This document shows, in pieces, positions 8,122 through 14,806 of a stretch of 32,395 bases of DNA. The position numbers were made by a program, and so were the translations under genes. The first letter of the stretch is position 1, and every line of letters starts with the position of its first letter. The notes under the pieces are model-generated. The model did no database searches. It saw only the letters and a list, made by a program, of their open reading frames with translations, and was not told the origin of the DNA. The DNA comes from Candidatus Hadarchaeales archaeon (GTDB lineage: Archaea > Hadarchaeota > Hadarchaeia > Hadarchaeales > WYZ-LMO6): contig JAWCKR010000016.1 in the NCBI GenBank assembly GCA_038851755.1, positions 1-32,395 on the forward strand, written 5' to 3'.

Positions 8122-9762
8122 GTGAGAATGGAGTTCAGGCGAGTGGCCGAGCTCTGCGAGCGGCTGGAACGGACGAGGGGCAGGAAGGAGAAGGTGGAGA
8201 TGGTCTCCTCCTTCCTCTCCTCCCTTTCGAAGGAGGAGATGGAGCCCTTCTGCCACCTGCTGCTGGGCAGACCCCTTCCTCCCTCCAGCCCCCTGACGCT
8301 GGGCGTGGACTGGACCACGGTGAGGAGGGCCCTGCTTGGGGTCACGGGGCTCACCCCCTCCGACCTCTTCCGGGCCTTCCACTCCACGGGCGACCTCGGG
8401 GAAACGGCCAGGCTCCTCTTCCAGCGCAGGAGGTACTTCTCCCCCACCCTGGACTCCAGGCCCCTGGAGCTCCTGGAAGTCTGGGGCACCCTGGCGAGGA
8501 TGGCCTCGGAGGGAGAGAGGGAGAAGAAGGAGAGACTGCTCGAAGGACTGCTCAACCGCAGCAGCCCTGAGGAGGCCAAGCTGGTGGTGAAGGTCGTCAT
8601 AGGGGAGATGAGGACGGGCTTCAAGGAGGGGATGCTCCTCTCCTCCCTAGCCCTGTCCTTCGGGATGAGTGAGGAGGAGATCAGGAGGTCCTTTGCCCTG
8701 CTGGCGGACGCCGGAAGGCTGGCGGGACTCCTGGCCGAGAAGGGGGCGCCGCCGCTGGTGGTCCCCTTCCAGCCCCTGCAACCCATGCTGGCCCAGCCCG
8801 CCGGAGGAGTGGAGGAAATCCTGAGAGAACACGGGACGACCTCCATGGAAGTGAAGCTTGACGGGGCCAGGATACAGGTCCACAAGAGGGGCAGGGAGGT
8901 GAGGATCTTCAGCAGGGGCTCCAAGGAGGTGACGGGTAGCCTCCCGGAGGTGGCGGAGGAGGTGAGGGGGCTGGAGGTCCGGGAGGCCATCCTCGACGGG
9001 GAGGTGGTGGCGGTGGACGAGGGCGGAAGACCCATGCCCTTCCAGAACCTCCTCAGGAGGTTCAGGAGGAAGAGAGGAGTGGAGGAGACCCAGCGGAAGG
9101 TGCCCTTGAGGGCCTGGTTCTTCGACCTCCTCTACCTCGACGGCACACCCATGCTGGACCTCCCCTACTCCCGGAGGAGGGAAAAGCTGGAGGAGGTCTG
9201 CGGGGAAAGGGTAACGGAAAGAATCGTCACGTCCAGCGTGGAGGAGGCGAAAAGGTTCTTGGAAAAGGCGAGGGGGGAAGGTCACGAAGGGATAGTGGCC
9301 AAGCTGCCCGAAGGCCCTTACCTGCCGGGAGCCAGGGGAAAGCTCTGGCTCAAGTTCAAGCCCGTCCCGGAGACCCTGGATTTGGTGATCGTGGGGGCGG
9401 AGTGGGGGTACGGGAGGAGGGCCAGATACCTCTCGGATTACTACCTGGCGGCCTGGGACCAGGAAAAGGGGAAGTTCGAGGTGGTGGGGAAAACCTTCAA
9501 GGGGCTGACCGACGAGGAGCTGGCGGAGATGACGGAGAGACTGAAGGCGCTGGAGGTGTCCAGGGAGGGGAGGAGGATTTGGGTGAGGCCGGAGGTGGTG
9601 GTGGAGGTGGCCTACAACGAGATCCAGCGCAGTCCCAGGTACCCCTGCGGCATGGCCCTGAGGCTCGCCAGGATCGTGAGGGTGAGGGAGGACAAGAAGG
9701 CCCAGGAGGCGGACACGCTGGGGAGGATGAGGGAACTCTTCGAGAGGCAGGGGAGGAAGTGA
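8122..9762 (+). CDS. lig: ATP-dependent DNA ligase (archaeal type)
   Basis: Motif I EVKLDGARIQVH, ILDGEVV, FDLLYLDG, EGIVAK, WLKFK, TLDLVIVGAEWGYGRR and the OB-fold motif ALRLARIVRVREDK. Confidence 0.96.
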   Translation: MRMEFRRVAELCERLERTRGRKEKVEMVSSFLSSLSKEEMEPFCHLLLGRPLPPSSPLTLGVDWTTVRRALLGVTGLTPSDLFRAFHSTGDLGETARLLFQRRRYFSPTLDSRPLELLEVWGTLARMASEGEREKKERLLEGLLNRSSPEEAKLVVKVVIGEMRTGFKEGMLLSSLALSFGMSEEEIRRSFALLADAGRLAGLLAEKGAPPLVVPFQPLQPMLAQPAGGVEEILREHGTTSMEVKLDGARIQVHKRGREVRIFSRGSKEVTGSLPEVAEEVRGLEVREAILDGEVVAVDEGGRPMPFQNLLRRFRRKRGVEETQRKVPLRAWFFDLLYLDGTPMLDLPYSRRREKLEEVCGERVTERIVTSSVEEAKRFLEKARGEGHEGIVAKLPEGPYLPGARGKLWLKFKPVPETLDLVIVGAEWGYGRRARYLSDYYLAAWDQEKGKFEVVGKTFKGLTDEELAEMTERLKALEVSREGRRIWVRPEVVVEVAYNEIQRSPRYPCGMALRLARIVRVREDKKAQEADTLGRMRELFERQGRK

Positions 9763-10685
9763 GCTACGCCATCGAGACCTTCGGGCTGACCAGGACCTTC
9801 GGCAAGGTCACGGCGGTCGAGGACCTCTGGCTGAAGGTGAGGAGGGGGGAGGTGCTCGGCCTGTTGGGGCCTAACGGGGCTGGGAAGACCACCACGGTGA
9901 GGATGCTGTGCTGCCTCCTGCGTCCCACCTCCGGAAGGGCCCTGGTGGCAGGGCACGAGGTGGGGAAGGACTCCATGAAAATAAGGGAGGAGGTGGGCCT
10001 GCTTCCGGAAGTCCCCGGGCTCTACGGGGAGCTCAGCGCCCTGCGGAACCTGGAGTTCCACGCCAGACTCCACGGTCTGTCGAAGGGGGAAGCTAGGAAG
10101 AGAGCGGGGGAGCTTCTGAGGGTTTTTGGTCTGTGGGGAAGGAGGGACGACCCCGTGGCCACCTTCTCCAAGGGGATGCAGCAGAAGGTCGCCCTCGCCA
10201 GGGCACTGGTGCACGAGCCCGAGCTCCTCTTCCTCGACGAACCCACCGCCGCCCTAGACCCGGGGGCGGCGAGGATGGTGAGGGACCTCATCCTGGAGCT
10301 GAAGAAAGAACGCAGAACGATCCTGCTCTGCACCCACAACCTCCCGGAGGCGGAGGAGCTGTGCGACAGGGTGGCGGTCCTCAACCGGGGGCTCCTGGCC
10401 CTGGGCTCTCCCGGGGAGCTCGAGGGGGTGGGCAGAACGAGAATCGAAATCCAGCTGGAGGGTGTGAACGGGAAGATGATGAGGGCCCTCAGGAGACTGG
10501 AGGGGGTGAGGGAAGTGAAGAGGAGGAGGGAGGGACTCTGGGTGGAGGTGGAGAGCCCGGACAAGACCAACCCGGAAATCGTGAAGGTCCTCGTGAGGAT
10601 GGGGGGAAGGGTGAGGTACGTGAGGCCCGCCTCCAGGAGGCTGGAGGAGGTCTACCTCAGGCTGGTGAAGGAGGATGAGAGCTGA
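9759..10685 (+). CDS. ABC-2-type exporter ATP-binding protein
   Basis: GPNGAGKTT, FSKGMQQK, LFLDEPT and H-loop CTHN. GTG 9759 overlaps the ligase stop (GTGA). Confidence 0.92.
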   Translation: MSYAIETFGLTRTFGKVTAVEDLWLKVRRGEVLGLLGPNGAGKTTTVRMLCCLLRPTSGRALVAGHEVGKDSMKIREEVGLLPEVPGLYGELSALRNLEFHARLHGLSKGEARKRAGELLRVFGLWGRRDDPVATFSKGMQQKVALARALVHEPELLFLDEPTAALDPGAARMVRDLILELKKERRTILLCTHNLPEAEELCDRVAVLNRGLLALGSPGELEGVGRTRIEIQLEGVNGKMMRALRRLEGVREVKRRREGLWVEVESPDKTNPEIVKVLVRMGGRVRYVRPASRRLEEVYLRLVKEDES

Positions 10686-11457
10686 CAGGGTCTGGGAGGT
10701 CGCACGCAAGGACATGGAGAGCGCCAGCAGGCACAGGTACGTGCTCTACGGGTTCATAGGGGTTCCCCTGATCTTCGCCCTCCTCATCCCCCTCACCACC
10801 CTCTATCCCGCGATGAGGGGGGAGGCTCCCTCCGAGAACGAGCTCCCTCCCTTTGCCCCTCCGGGGATGGAACCCAAGCAGGCGCTGGTGGCGGGGCTGG
10901 TGGACACCACCCTCCTCATGTTCATGTTCCTGCCCTCCTTCATCCCCTCGGTGATAGCCTCCTACACCTTCGTGGGGGAGAAGGTCAACCGCCAGCTTGA
11001 GCCCCTGCTGGCCGCTCCCCTGACCGATCTCGAGCTTCTGACCGGCAAGCTGCTGGGGGCCCTTCTGCCCACCCTTCTCGTGACCTGGGCCTCCTTCGCC
11101 GTGTTCGTGCTGGTGGTGGATCTCCTGACCTTCCCCCTCTTCGGTTACCTCCTCCTTCCCAATCTCCTCTCCGCCGTCGTTCTCCTGCTCTACTGTCCTT
11201 TGATCTCCCTGCTCTCCATCTCCTGGTCCATCCTGGTTTCCTCCAGGGTGAGCGACGTGAGGGCCGCCATGCAGCTGGGAGGGGTGGCGGTCCTGCCCAC
11301 CCTGGCCTTCTACCTCCTCTGCCTGGGTGGCATCCTGCCCCTGGAAAAATACGCGCTCGCCGGGTTCTGGGCGCTTTTGGCCTTAACCGCGCTGGGGCTC
11401 TTCCTGCTGGGAAAGCGCACCTTCGGAAGGGAAGAAATCCTCACGAGATGGAGATAA
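10675..11457 (+). CDS. ABC-2-type exporter permease
   Basis: About 6 TM helices and the FVGEKVNRQLEPLLAAPL...LLTGKLL signature. Overlaps the ATPase gene. Confidence 0.9.
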   Translation: MRADRVWEVARKDMESASRHRYVLYGFIGVPLIFALLIPLTTLYPAMRGEAPSENELPPFAPPGMEPKQALVAGLVDTTLLMFMFLPSFIPSVIASYTFVGEKVNRQLEPLLAAPLTDLELLTGKLLGALLPTLLVTWASFAVFVLVVDLLTFPLFGYLLLPNLLSAVVLLLYCPLISLLSISWSILVSSRVSDVRAAMQLGGVAVLPTLAFYLLCLGGILPLEKYALAGFWALLALTALGLFLLGKRTFGREEILTRWR

Positions 11458-11519
11458 CCGGACGGTGAAACCCCCAACCTGCCTCACCACGGGGTCTTGC
11501 CTTCGAACCCCGGAGACTT

Positions 11520-12011
11520 TTACTTCCCCGTTTCTTTCCTGTAAAGCTCTGGAAGGAATTTGGGCAGGTTCCCCATCTCTTCCAGGCAGTGCCTGTACAG
11601 GTTCTTCGCGAACTCCTCCGGAACGATGGGAGGCAGCCTGAACGTGGACCGCATCCTCGTCCCCTTCGGGGTGGCCTCGTACTGGTGCACCAGCCAGGCC
11701 ATGGGTTCACCGTCCTCCCCTATGATGCTCGCCGCGATGGCGTGCGGCATGGTTATGGGTATGGGAACCTTCCCTGGGTCCTCCCAGCGGATGCGCAGCG
11801 TCATCGTCGCCTCCCCTATGTCCTCCTCGGCGACGTGGATGGCCTGCGCGTGGCCCAGCCTGGGATGGGCCTCCCACCTGAAGCCCCTGTGGTCCTTGGG
11901 ATGCCAGAGCTTGTACCTCTCCGGGTCTATGTTGTACCACCACCAGTCGATCATCTCGGGGGTCACGCCCTCCAGGTCGTGGTCCACCACCACTTCCACG
12001 TACTCCCCCAT
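11520..12011 (-). CDS. PhlG (DAPG hydrolase)-family protein, compact form
   Basis: GVTPEMIDWWW, RYKLWHPKDH, EEDIG, LVHQY, MRSTF and HCLEEMGNL match PhlG-family motifs. Confidence 0.8.
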   Translation of the reverse strand: MGEYVEVVVDHDLEGVTPEMIDWWWYNIDPERYKLWHPKDHRGFRWEAHPRLGHAQAIHVAEEDIGEATMTLRIRWEDPGKVPIPITMPHAIAASIIGEDGEPMAWLVHQYEATPKGTRMRSTFRLPPIVPEEFAKNLYRHCLEEMGNLPKFLPELYRKETGK

Positions 12012-12055
12012 CTTCCCTCACCAACACCTCACCTCTGTGATTAAAAATTATGGGC

Positions 12056-12730
12056 CTAAACCAACAGGACGGAGAAAACCCCCGTGAGGAAGATCCCGTC
12101 GAAGGTGCCGGCGCCGCCTATGCTGACCACCGGGGCCCCCAGTCCCTCCACCTTGTTCAGGTTCAGCAGGTCCGCCCCTATCAGCGTGCCGAGCGTTCCC
12201 GAGAGGTAGGCGAGGGGCGCGGCGTTCCCCCCTCCCAGCAGGAGGGCCACCAGGGCCGCGAAAACAGGCGGGAGGAGGGCGGGCATCACGATCCCCACCC
12301 CCCTCACGGGGCGGGCCAGCTTCCAGCAAAAGAGGGTCACCAGTCCCACGCCCAAGGGGACCCTCCAGCCCAGCTGGGACCCGAACCTCAGGAGGAGGAA
12401 GGAGGAGAGGAGGAGGGGGATGAGGGCTCCCCCCACGTTCACCGCGATCACCGTCTTCCTCTCCTCCTTGTCCGTGACCAGCACGGGGTAGAGGAAACCG
12501 TAGATTCCCCTCACCTCCACCCTCACCACCTCCTCCTCCCTCCTGAGGGTCCTCACCGGGAGATTGACCGCGCTGCCCAGCAGGGAGAGCAGGAGGAGCT
12601 GGAGGGCCAGGAAGGGTGGCAGACCCAGCCTGCGGAAGGCCTCGCCCAGCAGGAAGGGAAAGAGGAGGGCGAGGAGGACCAGGAAGAGGAAGAGGGGGAG
12701 GGCGAGGGGGAGGTAGAGGAGTCTTCTCAC
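12056..12730 (-). CDS. DUF1614 family membrane protein
   Basis: AVNVGGALIP, AYLSGTLGTLIGADLLNL and SIGGAGTFDGIF motifs. Highly hydrophobic. Confidence 0.88.
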   Translation of the reverse strand: MRRLLYLPLALPLFLFLVLLALLFPFLLGEAFRRLGLPPFLALQLLLLSLLGSAVNLPVRTLRREEEVVRVEVRGIYGFLYPVLVTDKEERKTVIAVNVGGALIPLLLSSFLLLRFGSQLGWRVPLGVGLVTLFCWKLARPVRGVGIVMPALLPPVFAALVALLLGGGNAAPLAYLSGTLGTLIGADLLNLNKVEGLGAPVVSIGGAGTFDGIFLTGVFSVLLV

Positions 12731-12734
12731 TCCT

Positions 12735-12762
12735 TCACCCGAAGAGCTCCGGTGCCCCGCCC
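12735..12762 (+). repeat. Direct repeat copy 1 (decayed duplicate of the transaldolase 3' end)
   Basis: TCACCCGAAGAGCTCC-GGTGCCCCGCCC versus 13863-13891 TCACCCGAAGAGCTCCCGGTACCCCGCCC: 16 identical nt, then one indel and one substitution. Confidence 0.85.
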
Positions 12763-12857
12763 CAGTGTTTGGGAGAGCCCCTTCCCCTTCCTACCGCTCC
12801 AGCTTCCTGCATTCTGTACCCCCCTCCACTTTCCCCCAGCCTATTAAGAAACCCATC

Positions 12858-12911
12858 TTTTGTATACAGATATAACAAAAACCTTAAATTCTTCTTTTTT
12901 GTATATCAAAA
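12858..12911 (+). promoter_or_regulatory. AT-rich promoter with two imperfect palindromes flanking a TATA-like box
   Basis: TTTTGTATACAGATATAACAAAA (12858-12880), CTTAAAT (12883-12889) and TTTTGTATATCAAAA (12897-12911), upstream of ATG 12918. Confidence 0.6.
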
Positions 12912-12917
12912 TGAAAA

Positions 12918-13283
12918 ATGAGAGTAGAGGATCACCTGCGAAAGCTCCAAGCCATGGAGAGCACGATGAAAAAACTGGAAGGAGAGACTGACTACGAGGC
13001 CATCGTGGAACTCTGCGTGCTCATCTCCTCCCACTACCTGAACGCGGCACTGCACAAACTGGGGGTTACGCCTCAGGACCGCGATGTGAAACACAACCGG
13101 CTGGCAGGAGAAATCAGGCGCCGCAGGGTGAAGGAGCTGCAGGGAGCGCTGGACGCCATAGACGGGCTGGAGCAGCTCAGACCCAGACATGTGTACGGCA
13201 GGGGGGGTGATGGGGAAGTGGCCGGGCGGGCCATGGCCTGGTTGGGAGAGGTGAGGAAAGCGTGTTCGCGGGTACTCGGCTGA
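12918..13283 (+). CDS. HEPN-like protein (putative toxin)
   Basis: 121-aa all-helical protein with HYLNAAL, DVKHNRL and LEQLRPRHVYG (R-x4-Y variant of the HEPN motif). Overlaps an MNT gene. Confidence 0.65.
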   Translation: MRVEDHLRKLQAMESTMKKLEGETDYEAIVELCVLISSHYLNAALHKLGVTPQDRDVKHNRLAGEIRRRRVKELQGALDAIDGLEQLRPRHVYGRGGDGEVAGRAMAWLGEVRKACSRVLG

Positions 13284-13858
13284 AGGAGCTCTTCCGCTTC
13301 GGGGAAAGGGTGGGAAAGCTGTCCGGCGTGCAAGCGGTGGCGCTTTTCGGAAGCGTGGTCCGGGGGGAGAACACGGCGGAGAGCGACATAGACGTGGCTG
13401 TAGTCTATTCCAGAAAGGAGGAGCAGCTGATGAAGCGGGTGGAGGAGCTCTCCCCTCCCCGAGTCCATGTCACCCACGTCACGCCCGAAGAGCTCGAGAA
13501 AAACCCCACCCTGGCCGGGGCCCTGAGTGGGGAGGGCCTCTTGCTCTTCGGCAAGCCCTTGATCCTTCAGGCGGAGGGTCTGAGGATGAGGCCCATGATG
13601 ATCATCTCCTACGACACCAGCGGTCTGAAGGTGAACTCCAGAAACAAGCTTAACCACGCACTGTACGGAAGAATCTCTCAGACCACCGTCGGGGGGAAAA
13701 CCTACAGGCGCAAGTACGAGGGGCTGGCGGCCAGACCCGGCATCTCCAAGCTGGGGAAGGGGGTACTGCTGGTTCCGCGTGAGGAGGTGCCCCTCATCAC
13801 GAAAACCCTAGAAACCCACGGAGCGAAGTGGAAGGAAATCCCCGTCTGGACCTACTGA
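13262..13858 (+). CDS. Minimal nucleotidyltransferase (MNT) fused to a C-terminal Cas2/PaaX-like domain
   Basis: LFGSVVRGENTAESDIDVAVV (GS-x10-DxD). Extra ~90-aa domain starting MIISYD. Confidence 0.82.
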   Translation: MFAGTRLKELFRFGERVGKLSGVQAVALFGSVVRGENTAESDIDVAVVYSRKEEQLMKRVEELSPPRVHVTHVTPEELEKNPTLAGALSGEGLLLFGKPLILQAEGLRMRPMMIISYDTSGLKVNSRNKLNHALYGRISQTTVGGKTYRRKYEGLAARPGISKLGKGVLLVPREEVPLITKTLETHGAKWKEIPVWTY

Positions 13859-13862
13859 GCGC

Positions 13863-13891
13863 TCACCCGAAGAGCTCCCGGTACCCCGCCC
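13863..13891 (+). repeat. Direct repeat copy 2 (intact transaldolase 3' end)
   Basis: Matches 12735-12762 and includes the tal stop codon. Confidence 0.85.
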
Positions 13892-14756
13892 TCTCCGCGT
13901 CCTGGGAGAAGAGCCTGATCCCCTCCTCCGTCTTGGGGTGCCTGAGCATCCCCTTCAGGACCGAGAAGGGAACCGTGGCCACGTCCGCCCCTGCCTCCGC
14001 CACCTCCCTGACCTGTCTGGGGTGCCTGAGGCTGGAGGCTATCACCTTCGTCCTGAACCTGTAGCACCTGAGGATCTTCACGGTGATCCTCACCAGCTCC
14101 ACCCCGCTCACGATGCCGTCGTTTCCCCCGGGATCCGCCAGGGCCCTCAGCTCCCCGTCCTGATAGAGGTTCCCCAGCTCCCCCTGCTTCCTCCTCACCG
14201 CCTCCTCCAGCCTGAGCCTGCTGGCCTCCCTCAGGAGGACGAAGTCGAAGTAATCGTGCTTCCCGAAGGGTATCCCCAGCCTGCTCCTCACCAGATCGTC
14301 TATCCTCCCGGCGAAGGGGCTCACGTACCTGGCCCCCGCCTTCGCCGCGAGCAGGGCCTGCTCAGGCGTCATCACGAGCGTGGCGTTGGTGGGGATCTTG
14401 AGCTTGGAGAGCTCCCTGAGGGCCTTCAGCCCCTCCTCCAGCTTTCCCTCACCCGTGGAGGTGCAGACGGGGATCTTGATCACCACGTTCCTGGCCACGG
14501 GGTTGAACTTCCTGTAGAGGATCCTGGCCTCCTCCACCATCTCCTCCGCCCTCAGTCCCATCACCTCAAGGCTCACGGGCTTCCCCCTGCCCGCCAGTCT
14601 GCAGACCTCCCTCACGTGGGCCTCCAGCGACTCCGACTTCTCCTCCTCCATCGCCGCCCTCAGGAGGGAGGGATTGGTGGTCACGCCGTCCACCACCCCC
14701 CAGCCCATTGCCTCCCTGATCTCCGAGAGCTTGGCGGTGTCCACGAAGAGCTGCAT
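13863..14756 (-). CDS. tal: Transaldolase (MipB/TalC-FSA family) with internal insertion
   Basis: FVDTA, GVTTNPSL, VSLEV, Schiff-base VIKIP, NATLV, YVSPFAGRIDD and ASSLR. The Glu and Phe at the discriminating positions indicate transaldolase rather than FSA. Confidence 0.9.
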   Translation of the reverse strand: MQLFVDTAKLSEIREAMGWGVVDGVTTNPSLLRAAMEEEKSESLEAHVREVCRLAGRGKPVSLEVMGLRAEEMVEEARILYRKFNPVARNVVIKIPVCTSTGEGKLEEGLKALRELSKLKIPTNATLVMTPEQALLAAKAGARYVSPFAGRIDDLVRSRLGIPFGKHDYFDFVLLREASRLRLEEAVRRKQGELGNLYQDGELRALADPGGNDGIVSGVELVRITVKILRCYRFRTKVIASSLRHPRQVREVAEAGADVATVPFSVLKGMLRHPKTEEGIRLFSQDAERAGYRELFG

Positions 14757-14806
14757 CCTTCCTCCTTCTCCCGGCCCTCTTTAAAACCTGTTTCCCTGAA
14801 ACGGGC

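Noticed and set aside
13590-13858. Cas2-like domain as evidence of a CRISPR-Cas locus
   Set aside because: No repeat-spacer array or other cas genes in the window. The fold resemblance alone is insufficient.
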